DNA of 64,000 nt, taken from contig OX597814.1 of the NCBI GenBank assembly GCA_951406725.2, positions 84,754,001-84,818,000 on the forward strand. Reading direction: 5' to 3'. The notes under the pieces are model-generated. The model did not search any database. It worked only from the letters and a program-made list of their open reading frames with translations, and was not told the origin of the DNA. Of this stretch, positions 1-37,420 are shown piece by piece (the stretch's first letter is position 1; each line of letters opens with the position of its first letter). The position numbers and the translations under genes were made by a program. The stretch comes from Octopus vulgaris (Eukaryota).

Positions 1-170
1 GACTGATGAAGTTACAATAATAGACAGAGAACACCACTGGAAAATACGAAAACTAAAAGAAACAGCCCATATGCTAGGATACAACAACCTTCTAAGCAGA
101 CCGAGTGCAGATATGAATAGAATATGGGAACTGGTATTAAGGAAGGATAGGAAAATATTAGATTTATAAG
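1..170 (+). mobile_element. Penelope-like element, 3' fragment (GIY-YIG C-terminus)
   Basis: Translates D*DEVTIIDREHHWKIRKLKETAHMLGYNNLLSRPSADMNRIWE, resembling a PLE endonuclease tail. Confidence 0.6.
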
Positions 171-739
171 CCCTAAAATTCACTCCATAATTGCCCACAG
201 GCATATGGCTTAGTGGTTAAGAGCACGGGCTACTAACCCCAAGATTCCAAGTTCAATTCAGTGACTTGAATAATAATAATAATAATGATAATAATAACAA
301 TAATAACAACATCTTATGCTTACACTTCAAACAACAGCAGCAGTATTGACAAGTACTTCATTAGCTTACTGTGCTGAGGCCAAGTCTTCAGTTGAGTAAA
401 ACATTGAAAAGCATGATCTCTGTTGAGCTGATTTTTCACAACTATATGAAAACTATATGAAAAGTTTTCAGGTGTTATTAAACTTTTCAAACGATATTCA
501 CTTTGTTGTAAGATGTTCAAAATGTTCATAGGTTTATTATGCTTCAATAGACCTATGACATATAGATAGTCAGCTGAATACCTAGAAAACATACTGTTTA
601 TCACATCTTCTCTCATTATCTCTCCCATCCTCTCTTACAAGTTCTTGTCTCACTGTTATTCATCTATATTCCTAGGTCTTGATTAAAACATTCCTCTGGT
701 CCATTACTAATACTTTTCCCAATCTCTGTTACCTTACAG

Positions 740-24948
<24,209 letters not shown>

Positions 24949-25364
24949 GTAAGGCATGACATTTTAAAAACAATTTTATCAATTTATAATTAGATTTAAT
25001 AGAGAGAGAAAGTGCATGAGAAAGAGAGAGAGAGAGAGAGACTGTGCATAAGAAAGAGAGAGAGAGAGTGCATGAGAGAGAGAGAGAGTAATAAAAATTT
25101 AGAAAGGAAGACAAAAGTAAAATAAAACCGAATGTTATCAACTAGGAGTAAATGAAACTGCTGGAAGATGATTATTTTGTATTATCATTATAGAAAGAGA
25201 GAAACTGCAATAACTAACTGTTAAGATGTCATGTAGTGAGGGATAACATTAGTTTTCCATCTTGTCTTCCTTGTCACCATACACACACACACAAATAAGA
25301 GGTGTGTTACGCATTAATATTTCATCTTCATCAACATCAGTATGTACATACATATACATACATA

Positions 25365-25852
25365 TAAAATAGCCATTCATAGTACAAAGGAGTATTGGTG
25401 GAATGTCCCAGTGAAAACCTCAATAAACTGTTAGCACAATAGACCTGATATAATGATTTGGGATAGAGAAGAGAAACTGTGTACAGTTGTGGAAATTAGC
25501 TGTCCAGAGGATGTTAACATAAAGATGAAGATCAGTGAAAAAGAGAATACATACACTGAACTATTGAGAAATCTGCAGTTACTCTATCCAGATTATGAGT
25601 TCAGATTTATACCTGTAATTATTGGGGCCCTGGGATATGTAACACACCGCCTAAATACCAATTATAGAAATTAGGCTTCTCAAAACTGGAAAGGAGAAAG
25701 CTAATTCAAAGACTACAGAGCCAATCCATCACTGGAACTGTAAAAATCTGTAAAACTTTCCAGAAGTTTATCATTTAAATTTATATGAGCATGTCTAAAT
25801 ATACAACAATATGCATGAGAATACATATATAAAGCAAAGCATACAAATCTGC
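25365..25852 (+). mobile_element. R4/Dong-like non-LTR element, 3' fragment; probable 3' UTR continues at 29957-30068
   Basis: NRPDIMIWDREEKLCTVVEISCP...FIPVIIGALG is a restriction-like endonuclease motif; flanked by (CATA)n. Confidence 0.75.
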
Positions 25853-25906
25853 ACATATACATACATACATACATACATACATACATACATACATACATAC
25901 ATACAT

Positions 25907-28900
25907 GATGGCTGTCCACTCGTGACCGAGGAAGACCATTGCCGACCTTCAGGAACATTGTGCGCTCTAGGACTAACTTATATTTTGCATTTGTGGCTCC
26001 GTTGGTGGCTAATGAGCCCTGCTCTTGACAAGCATACACGACTGCAAACATTGCAGACCAAGCTTTCCCCATTCACTATACGAGCCGTGCGCTTTCGTGC
26101 AGCTCGCCTAAGTTCCTCATGCTGGATACGTGCTCTCTCAAAAGTGTCGATCCCCTCCTTAACCTGCTTCCTCCATCTGTGGTGATGACAGGCATTGTTC
26201 TCCCAGTCAGTGTCCTGCATATCAAAGGCCTTTAACGAGGACTTAACACAGTCCTTAAATCGCAGCCTTGGTTTCTGCTGGAGTCTCCTTCCATTCACAA
26301 GTTCTCCATAGAGCATCTGCTTAGGAATCCTTCTATCCTCCATTCTAATAAGGTGTCCAGTCCAACGCAACCGGTGCTTGTGTACCATCGCCTCAATACT
26401 CACGATATCAGCTGTCCTCAGGATCTGTGTGTCTGGAGTTTTTGAGGTCCAGCCAACATTGAGAATGTGTCTGAGACATCTCTGATGAAAACATTCAAGG
26501 ACCCTTATCTGACGTTTGTACAGAGTCCATGTCTCACATGAGTAGAGAAGCGATGTCAGTACACAAGCACAGTACACAGCAACTTTTGTTCTCCTTGCGA
26601 TGCCATGTTGGGACCAGACACGAGACTGAAGAGACCGAAAGGAATTTGTTGCTCTCTGCAACCTGAAAGATATTTCCTCATCCAGGGAGCAAGAACGGCT
26701 GAGTGTGCTGCCCAGGTAGACAAACTTGTCTACTACCTTCAGAATTATTCCTTCAACCAAGATAGCTGGTTCTATATATGGATTTCCTGGTGCAGGCTGG
26801 AACATTACAACAGTCTTGTCCAGGCTAATGCTGAGTCCAAATGCCCTGCAAGAGGCAGAAATGCAATTCATGAGTATTTGCATGTCATCCACTGTATGAG
26901 TGACTAAGTCACAGACATCTGCATAAAGGAGGTCACGAATAATAGACTGGGAAACCTTTGAATTGGCAGCAAATCGGCGAAGATTAAAGAGGCGGCCAGA
27001 AGATCGATATCTGACATATATTCCCAAAGAGCTAACCTTAGCAAAAGCATGAGTAAAAGTAGCAGCAAAGTACAAAGAAAAGAGAGTTGGGGCAAGGATG
27101 TCACCCTGCTTAACACCATTCTCTACAGGAATGGGTCCCGCCATAGCACCACCAACATTGACCCAAGCCTCCATCCCATTATGAAATGATTTAATTATAG
27201 ATACAAAGTGATCCGGACATCCAAGTTTGCCAAGTATTTTCCATAGAAAGGCCCTATTTACAGTATCAAAGGCCTTAGTTAAATCAATGAATACCTGGAC
27301 AAGATCCATATTCTGCTCATAGCACTTCTCCTGCATCTGTCTTGCTGTGAAAATCATATCATATCCATTGTCCCTCTACCAGATTGGGAGCCACATTGAG
27401 ATTCAGATAGGACATCATTTACGAGACACCCATTCAGACGGGTAAGAAGAATATTTGCCAGAACCTTGCCAGCAGCTGATAGTAGAGCAATACCTCTGTA
27501 GTTACCACACATTGTTCTGGCTCCTTTTCTTTTATATAGAGGAAGAATAATTGCATCCTTCTAGTCCTTAGGGATTGCACCATCCCTCCAGACTGCACTA
27601 ATACGTTCATGAAGGGACTGTGTGATGCAATTACCACCAAATCGCAAGACCTCAGCACAAATTCCATCCTTTCCAGGTGCCCTACCAAGATTCAATTTAC
27701 TTATTGATGTCATTACTTCATGTATTGATGGCGAGGAGTCTAAGGAGTCAATGATAGGTCTTTGTTTCATAGTATCAATCACTGTTTCATCCACAACTGA
27801 CTCATGGTTTAGGAGAAGTGTTCGATCCAGCGACCTGTGATTTCTGTTGATTTAGTAAACAGAGTGGAAGACTCCTTGGAAAGCAAAGGAGCTGATGTGG
27901 AGCTCTTAGGTCCATAAGCTCGCTTCATAAGATGGTAAAGCTTCTTGCTGTCATTTGCATCAGTAGCAGCCTGAACATCACGAGCAAGATCCTCCCACCA
28001 AGTGTTCTGCATCTTCCTGAGAGATCACTGCAGTAGTGATTTTACACTGTTATAGTGGGCAAATGCTAGACTTTACTGCACAGTAGACAGTTCTCTGTGC
28101 AGCAACACACTGTGGGCATGGCGCTTCACCACTAATAGTCGTTGAATTTCAGCATCATTCTCATCAAACCAGTCTCTGTGTCTGGCAGTAACATACCCCA
28201 GTGTTTCGGCTGCACATTTGAACAACCTGGTCTCGAAAATCTTCCCAGCCTGCAGCAGTTTCAATGCTGGACAAGCGAGTCTGAAGCTCTTTCCTAACCA
28301 CAACGTCATATACCTTGTGGACATTTAGACGGCGAGGAATGCTGACTGGTCCTCTTCTCTCTTTTGCCCTAATCACCATTCGGAACTTTGCTCGCACCAG
28401 ACTGTGGTCCGTCCAGCATTCTGATCCATGCAAGGACTTGACATTACAAATGTCATAAATGTCGCGCTTGCGGATGATGACGTAATCCAGCAAGTGCCAA
28501 ACTTTGGACCTTGGATGCATCCATGTTGTTGTGTGATCACTTTTGTGCGCAAAATGAGTACTTGTAATGTAAAGTCCATGTTCTTCGCAAAGCTCCAGTA
28601 GCATGAGACCATTGCTATTCATTTTCCCTACACCAAAACGTCCTAGAGAGTTCCATGTTTGCCAGTCTGTTCCTACTCTGGCATTAAAATCCCCCAGTAG
28701 AATGACTTTATCAGAATTGGGGATTTTTCTAAGTATGGGTATAAAAGATTATTTTATCTTCATCACAGCTAGTCAAAGTAGGTGCATAGGCACTTATTAG
28801 AGTAGCAAACCGCTTACCTTTCAAGTGCAACCATAGGGTCATTATACGTTCATTTATAGGAACAGGGAGCTCTTCCAACTTCTTCAGGATATCAGATCGG

Positions 28901-29481
28901 ACTGCAAAACCATCACCAGCCTCTCTGTGCTCCTCTTTCTGCTTTTCTTTCCAAAAAAAGGTGTATCCGCCTTCTACTTCCTCAAGCTGACCATCACCTT
29001 CTATACGAGTCTCCGAGAGTGCAGCTATATCAATTTTATAACAGTTCAGCTCACGAGCAACAAGTGCAGTGCGTCTTTCAGGCCTGCAATCATTCTTGTT
29101 GTCCAACAGAGTACGCACATTCCAACATGAAATGTTTAAGTTCCATCCAGATTTTATAGATAAAAGACTCTTTGTTTTTTGAGCGCAGAGTGGACATCCG
29201 TCAGTCGCACTAAACTGACCAGATATGGAAAGACAGGCAATTTTTGGTTCACCTTTTCTAGAACCACCCTGGTCTCCGGGTGAGCAGTGCCCTCTCCAAA
29301 TGGAGCTGCTCAGACACCCATGCAGCAACCGAATCCTACCGCTGTCTTGGGCGACAAGGAGATGACTTTATATCTAGCAGGTCGCTGACTACATGCTTCC
29401 AACCCGTCAGGTCTGCATGCTTCACCACCTTCCCATCGCCGCAGGACTTCCGAATAAAAAAAAAATAAAAATAAAAAAAAT

Positions 29482-29512
<31 letters not shown>

Positions 29513-29905
29513 CCAAAAATGAAGAAAATATATACTAAAAATAAGATAGATATATATAGGAAAAAAAAAAAAAGGTCAGCAATGCCTGTGCAGAGTTTTA
29601 GGTCCAATAAGGCTTGCACAACACCTCATAGACCCTCTCCACTCTATTGACATTATCCAGAGACAAGCCAGAGCAAGATGTCTGGTGTCAATATGAGTCG
29701 CAGGCTCAGGGATGTGGGAGCGCCGTGATCTCTAGCACAAACCAAAGATCCCCAAAATGTTCAATGTCATTCCCTGCATATCTGGTTTTATATCAGAGTG
29801 ACCTTCTCCTAGAGATGTGCTTTAACAAAAGCTGAGGGATGCCTCACTCCCAGTGGTCTTTCAGCACGCCGGACACCACCCCGGAATTTCTACGTACCCG
29901 TGCTA
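25907..29905 (-). mobile_element. Near full-length RTE (BovB-like) LINE, pseudogenised
   Basis: APE start WNVRTLLD..RPERRTALVAREL; RT motifs QGDILAP and YADV (catalytic D lost); C-terminal C2H2 finger CNVC...HQRSH; several frameshifts; GC-richer 5' UTR to ~29905; (CATA)n on both sides. Confidence 0.92.
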
Positions 29906-32900
29906 CATACATACATACATACATACATACATACATACATACATACATACATACATACAAAAATAACCTGTTGTTGATGTTGAAATTCCAATGAAGGAGC
30001 CTTGGATCTAGATTAGAAACCAGTTCTTTCTCTATTGACAAGATATCTTGAAATAAAACTGAATGATGACATACATATATATATATATATATATATGCAT
30101 GGCTGTGTGGTAAAAAGCTTGCTTCCCAACCACATGGTTCCAGGTTCAGTCCCACTATGTGGCATCTTGGCAAGTGTTTTCTACTATAGCCTCAGGCCAA
30201 CCAAAGTCTTGTGAGTGGATTTGGTTGATGGAAACTGAGAGAAGCCCACAATATATGTTTATGTGTGTATGTCACCCCACCATCACTTGACAACCGATGT
30301 TGGTGTGTTTACATCGGCAAAAGAGACTGATAGACTAAGTACCAGGCTTACAAAGGATAGGTTCTGGGGTTGATATGCATATATATACATTCTTTTCTTT
30401 TCTTTTATTTGTCCTTTGACTATGGCCATGGTGGAGCACCGCCTTCAGTTGAACAAATCAACCCCAGAACTTATTCTTTGTTAGCCTAGTACTTATTCTA
30501 TTGGTCTCTTTTGCTGAACTGCTAAGTTGCAGGGATGTAAACACACATGTATGTGTGTGTGTGTGTGTGTGTGTGTATAACAAGCACTTATATATTTGTC
30601 AACAGTGTGGGTATATTAATATTCATTATAGAATACAAGTATTAGAAGTCCATTTCAGCCAATTTTATCAATTGGTTTGTCACACAAGAGTCTGGAAAAA
30701 ATTTATTCCCAGCACTTGTTAGAAGAGCCGATAAGGGAGTGTATAGCAGTAGCTTTTCATACCATATGTGATACTGTTTGATACAAGTCAAAGAGTATCA
30801 CATATGGTTTGTGGGTGTTGTGAAAAACCAGAATGGAAAAAGCCATAGGAGAAGTCCAGAGGATTCCTTCAAGAGTTAAGCTCTTTGGACAAAGATCAGA
30901 GTGCATTCATAGTGTAAGAAATGTTACTCCTTACACTATGGGTGTAGGACTGGAATACATATGGGATGAGGCTGATGTGTGTGCAGGAATGTGAGGTGTG
31001 GAATGTGGTAAATGGAGAGTAGTCAATGTTCAAGTCATGTGTGGACATGTATGTATATATGTGTATTATGACATACAAATATATGCACATGCACATACAT
31101 GTATTTGTTAATACATGATTTTAAGATTGACTATATCCCCGTTTTTTGTTATCCCCTTTCTCTGAATACACATCAACCCCATTTCACCTGCACACCAGCC
31201 CCAACACTACTCTTAGCATTTACTCCTTACATCATGAAAGCTTTATGATCCTTGTTCAAGAGGCATAATTCTGGAAGAAATTTCCCTCAGAATTTATCCC
31301 ACAAGTTTTGTTCTGGTTTTCCATAAATTCTATAAAACAGATGGGACTCTTCCTGATTTCTATTGGCAAAGAACTCTCACCATATTCCTATAATCTCTTC
31401 TGATGAGGATTGGTATATCTAGCCTGTGATGGTAGTGAAGTTGATGATAAAGAGGAAACGATGGAAGGCTAATGTGTAATCGCACACCATATGACATCTT
31501 AAGAATTATTGCATATTTTTGTTCCCACACACACATACACACACACACACACATGCAAGATAATATCTTTTATTTCTTCTTTTATCTTTTCTTTACTGTC
31601 TTGTTTAAGATTTAACTATCAATTGGTTACATTTCTTTTTTTTCTTTATTTATTTGTAGATAAACATATCGTAATTGCTCCGTTTTACTTCATACCAATT
31701 TTACAGATTACCCAACATTATTGATATTGATGTTCACTTTGGACAGTCAAGAAACAAATATTGATTCAGTGCTATCTGAGACCATAAGGTGGTTGTTTTC
31801 CATAGAAGAATGGTCGTGTGGATATGTTAGTGTGTATGCGGTTGTATCAGTGTCCTCTTGTGTTGTGACAGTTATGTAATGGAACATTGAGATGTTGCCT
31901 GGTTGCATTGTTATTGTGTTATTTATGACAGTATTACTGTGTAATACATTGCAGTGTTGATGTATTGTTTAATAGTTTTATTAGTATGATAGTATTAATA
32001 TTAGTATGACAGAAGGGTGGCAACTTAGCAGAATCATTAGCATGTTGGACAAAAAGCTTTGTGGAATTTTTTCTGGCTCTTTTTCTGGTTCTGAGTTCAA
32101 ATAATTGAGCTCAACTTTGCCTTTCATCTTTCCAGGATTGATAAAATAAGTACAGATTGAGTACTAGAATTGATGTAATTGACTTGTCCCCTCCCACCAA
32201 ATTTCAGGCCTTGTACCCGTTGTAGAAGGAATTATTAGTGTGCTTTATATGATGAGTGAGCTGGCAAAATCATGAGTATGCTGGACAAAATACTCAGTGG
32301 CATTTCTTGGCTATTTACATTTTGAGTTCAAAAAATTTGCTGAGGTCAACTTTGGTTTTTATCCTTTTAGGGTCAATGAAATAAGTACCAATTGAGCATT
32401 GGGGGTGAGATACTCGTCTAAACCCCTTCCTCTAATAATTACTGGCCTTGTGCCAAAATTTGAAACCATTATTAGTATGAGAAATGAGGTGTATGATAGT
32501 GTTGACATGTTGTATAGCTGTTGTATTGTTTAGTTCTAGGTTAGCCTTGATCTAGTAACTGAAACAATCTTCTCTAACCCTGGTGTATCCAGTACCACAC
32601 TTATCAATAATCTTTCCTTTTTCTAAAAAAGATAACAGGGTGCAATTTGAAGAAAATTTGACTGCTTATTTAGCAGGTCAAATGTTCACATGGAGATCCT
32701 TTCATTTGTTTGAGAAACTTTCTCATTGGCATACTTACAGTATATAGTTTAGTTGTGTTGGTGTGTTGTGTGGTATGTTAGTGCATTATAATAGCACATA
32801 AGGTAATGTTCATATGATGTATGGCCATACTGTGTGAATGTGCTGTTGTTGTGTTATTGTTATGTCGAAGGGCTGATGTATTGTGTACAATAATGTTGAT

Positions 32901-35078
32901 GTGTTGTAGTATAATACTAATTAATGTTTTGTTACTAAATCACAAATAAAAAATCTCTGAGATGAAATAAATTCTTTCAGTCCCCATAGATCACAAAGGT
33001 TATGAAGTACAGTTTACAATAAAATTGTTTGTTTGATTTCTATTTATTTGTTTTACTTTACTTTTGTCTTTTTTTTGTATATCTTTGTGACTTGAGAACA
33101 CCAATAAGAGTTTATTTCATCAATATGAAAGAAAATTTCCTTCTCCCCACCACAATACACACTATATATACACCTTCCTTCACCACCATTCCAAAAAATT
33201 AATTAATTACACCATATTCATCAATTGATATCCGTTTACTTCAATCAATTTGAAAATAGCAATGTTACTACAATATCTTTTGTCTACCCCAGCAAAGCAG
33301 TTATTCACCGCACACTAACCACTACACACCACATATCACCTACCGTTCTTGCCTCTGGGTAATTTATGAATTATCGAATAGAAAATTCAATAAAAAAAGA
33401 AGAAAATGAAGAAATACTTCTTAGAAAATAAATGAAGAGTTTTGTTGCTGATTGTTGTTAATGATGTTTTCATTGTTGTTGTTATTGCTGTCATTGCTGT
33501 TGCAGCTGTATTATACAATGTTTGCAGTAGTAAACTAACTTTCAGACTTGCAGAAACTATTACTAAATGTTATAGATACACATAAATACTAATACAAACA
33601 AACATACTAATACACCAAATGCAAAATTTACTTGCACATTTACACGTACAACACTGACAGCAGTAATTATTATTAAAGATGAATATTTAATTATTCTCGG
33701 AGAAATCATTACTTTAATAAGCTCACCAGAATTTCATATGACATAGCTTTAGAATAACCCGAAAAATAGTCGAGATGTTAAGGGAAAAAATGAAACATAA
33801 AATACTCAAGACCCATCTCTTAGCCTCACATGTGCACATTCCAAGAAATGAGAGTAAGTGCTACTGAAATTGGAAATGTCAAAAGAAGCACATTTGGACA
33901 GTATTTGTGCAGTACAGAAATTAGCTAGGAATAGCAGTCAAATCTCCCTCAAATCACACCATATTCTCTTAAAGAAAAGAACATTCTGTGTGGACAATGC
34001 CTGATAAAGTAATGACTGTATGGTCATAGATGAAATCATTGTCATCGTTGTCATTGTTGTCATCGTCATCATCATCATTTAATGTCCATTTGCTAAGCTG
34101 GCACAGGGTGGATGGTGCAACAGGAACCAAGGAGCTAAAAGACTGCACCAAGCTCCATTATCTAGTAAAGCATAATTTCTGTTGATGGATGTTCTTTCTA
34201 AAGCCAACAATTTTACATAATGTACTGGGTACATTTTTTTGTTGCCCAAGAACTTGTATGGTTACCAAGTAACTTGCAAGACAAGACCCCTCAACTGAAT
34301 TTGAGAGTATAGTATTGCAAGAGATGAAAGTATAATTTAGGGATGGAAACAGGTATCTCATACATACACACACACACACCCACACACACACAAACACACA
34401 TGCAATATATTTATTTATATATATAAAATAATTAATTAAACCAAAAAGGAAATAATTCACCATCACTAATACATATATAATTTATTTAAACTGAATCGAT
34501 GACTGGCATCCATGCTAGCGGGGTGCAAAGAGCACCATACGAGTGTGATCATTGACAGAGCGGCTAACTGGCTTCCGTGCCAGTGGCACATAAAAGGCAC
34601 CATTCAAGTGTGATCGTTACCAGCGTTGCCTTACTGGCACTTGTGCCTTATGCTAGTAGGGTGCTAAGAACACCATCCAAGTGTGATCTTTGCATGAGCG
34701 GCTAACTGGCTTCTGTGCTGGTGGCACGTGAGAGGCACCATTTGAGCGTGATCATTGCCAGCATCGCCTTACTGGCACCTGTGCCTGTGGCATGTGTAAA
34801 AAGATTTGAGCAAGGTCATTGCCAGTACCACCTGACTGTCCCCCGTGCCGGTGGCACGTTAAAGCACCCACTACACTCTTGGGGGTGGTTGGCGTTAGGA
34901 AGGGCATCCAGCTGTAGAAACTCTGCCAGATCAAGATTGGAGCCTGGTGCAGCCATCTGGTTCGCCAGCCCTCAGTCAAATCGTCCAGCCCATGCTAGCA
35001 TGGAAAGCGGACGTTAAACGATGATGATGATTTAATCTACAATAGCACCGCAATCTTCAGTACAAGAGAGTATATATA

Positions 35079-36541
35079 TCTCTATATATATAAAACTGAG
35101 AATGTGTGTGTGTGTATCTGTCTGTCTGTGTGTTTCCCTAAAACTTGAGAACTACACAACGAATTTCATTCAAATTTTACACATGCCTTACTTAGGGTCC
35201 ATGTAGTTTCATGGGCAAAAAAAATGTTCAACTTCTTATCTAGGGCGAGCCCATAGCAATATCATATCTTCTCCACTATTTCAGTATTTACGTGTTAAAA
35301 GTGAAACAAAAACATTTCTCTATTTTATGTCAGATACTTTCACTTTAACAATAAAAATTAGAGATAATAATAACAATTGAATTATATGTAGTTAGTAATA
35401 ATTAAAATTAAACTAAAGTATAATATAATCATAACATAACAAAAGTAAAAATAGCAGTTGGTATAAAATTGCATCAATGACTTGAACTTGAATAAGTGGT
35501 TTCACATGAATGGGAATAAATTAAAAATAAAATTAGCGTGCAGAAACGGAATAGTCCAGATGGACTATTATACATAAAGGACTGTAGCTTCAACTGCATA
35601 CTGCTTTTTGATTCACCTTAAGGTTTGTTGTTATTATTATTACTGTTTAACTATTGTTATCACGTTTGTTGGTTCCTCATAAGGGAAACGTTGTTGTGTG
35701 GCATTTGTTAAATAATTGTAAACTGTAACCCCCCTCTTCCTTTGGGAGGAGCTTCGGTTATTGTTTAAAAATTGAATTGTGTCCCTGTTTGGGGAAATTG
35801 ACAATATTTTCACTGTTTACACGGAAGCATTTTTGTTAGAATGCCTTCAATAGAAGAAGTCCAAAAATGAATTTTGCTGCAGTGGTCAGTGGGTGTGAAC
35901 TCATTAAAATTAAAATGGAAGAAATACAAACCTATTTTGGATTGATCACCGACAAAGATGGTGAATTTAGGATAACACCACCAAACGAAATAAAAAATTA
36001 AATTAAAGAAAAGACTATTGTCTATAAAGTATACAATGTAGAGAAAAGATTTGAACACCTGGAGGAAAGCACCATCGAAAAGTGTCTTGGTGCGACTATG
36101 AAAGATATCTAACCAGAGGCAGTAAATTCGCCACAATAGAAGCAAGGTTCGAGTCAACAGAGTGTGCAAGGGAGTACTCAACTCGAACCTTGCAAAGTGG
36201 AAATATTTTATTTTCACCTTTATATCTGGGATGTAGGACGTCCTGGATAAAAATTTAAAATGTCTCCCCACAAGTAGAGGTAGGCTGGATTGTAGCCACA
36301 CTTCTATACAAGAGGGAGGACAAGATACAATTGATTGAAATTGCAAGAGACGGGCCTACAATTCCAGTCTGTTATATATTTTGAGTATTGTTATCACTAG
36401 CGATATCAAGATATAACTTTGTATTTTGTATTTTATGTGTAGATGTATATATATAGATGTACATGTAATATGTACACATATATATACATATATATACATG
36501 CACTAGCACTATGACCTGGCAACGACGGGTCATAATGCTAG
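35079..36541 (+). mobile_element. Non-autonomous Helitron
   Basis: 5' TC(TC)TATATATATAAAA followed by (TG)/(CTGT)n; 3' hairpin ATGACCTG-GCAACGA-CGGGTCAT then CTAG; inserted between A and T. Confidence 0.75.
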
Positions 36542-37237
36542 TATATATATATATATATATATATGGTCAAAGGTATTTCCCTTTTGGTCATCTCTTCTTA
36601 TTTTCAGAGGTAATGTCTTGCACTAAATCATCCAATTTGTCTTCTCTTTAGCATTTAAATAAGCTGTTTTATGTTCAAGCCAGCCAGATTCAGCCTCTCA
36701 CACATACTCTACAATGTCATTCTGAAAATAAATAATTAGATCATTGAAATCTCAAAGCTACAAAATAATGGACAATTAATTCAAAACAATGTGAATAATT
36801 AAGTATTACATTTGACAGAATAATCTGAAAGCTAAAGGGTTAATACAAAGATGTATGATTTCAGAGAGGGAAATTTGGTTGCTATTTTAGCTGTTTAAGG
36901 GCCAATGTAGCTTGTCAAGTCCAAGTATGTGATATTGTTAAGCAGTTTTATGTCAAGAGAAGACAGCAAAGTTGACTTTAGTAGAATTTGAAGCCACACA
37001 CATAAAAAAAATCACTGGAAGGCCAGTAATTTTGAGAGGAAAGGGTCAGTCATTACCACCAACACTAGTACTTGACTAGTACTTATTTTAATGACCCTGG
37101 AAAGACAATAGGCAAAGAGGAATTTTAACCCAGAAAATAAAGTCAGAAGAAATGCCACTAAGAAACTTGCCCATCATACTAACAATTTTTTTTTGCTATT
37201 CAACACCTTCTAACTGAATCTAACAATGTTAGATATT

Positions 37238-37420
37238 TTAACCCTTTAGCATTCGCATTTTTTCGCCAAATGTAATGGTTATTTATTCACATTGTTTTAA
37301 ATTTATCCTGCATTCTCTTGTAACCTTGAGATTTCGATAATGTGATTGTTTAATTTTAGACTAACATTGTAGGGTAGGTGTGAGAGGCTGGATATGGCCA
37401 GTTTAAGTGCTGAGGGGTTA
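37238..37420. mobile_element. piggyBac-like MITE. Further copies at ~3260-3475, 16016-16238, 36647-36843, 55423-56038 (SINE-interrupted), 62840-63067
   Basis: TTAA-CCCTTTAGCATT...GCTAAAGGG-TTAA termini, ~190-220 bp. Confidence 0.75.

Noticed and set aside
197-262. tRNA-like sequence (also ~63180-63245 and the SINE heads)
   Set aside because: A/B boxes are present but there is no complete cloverleaf; these are SINE 5' ends.
35810-36346. 178-aa minus-strand ORF
   Set aside because: Antisense to the LINE ORF1-like fragment; no recognisable motif.
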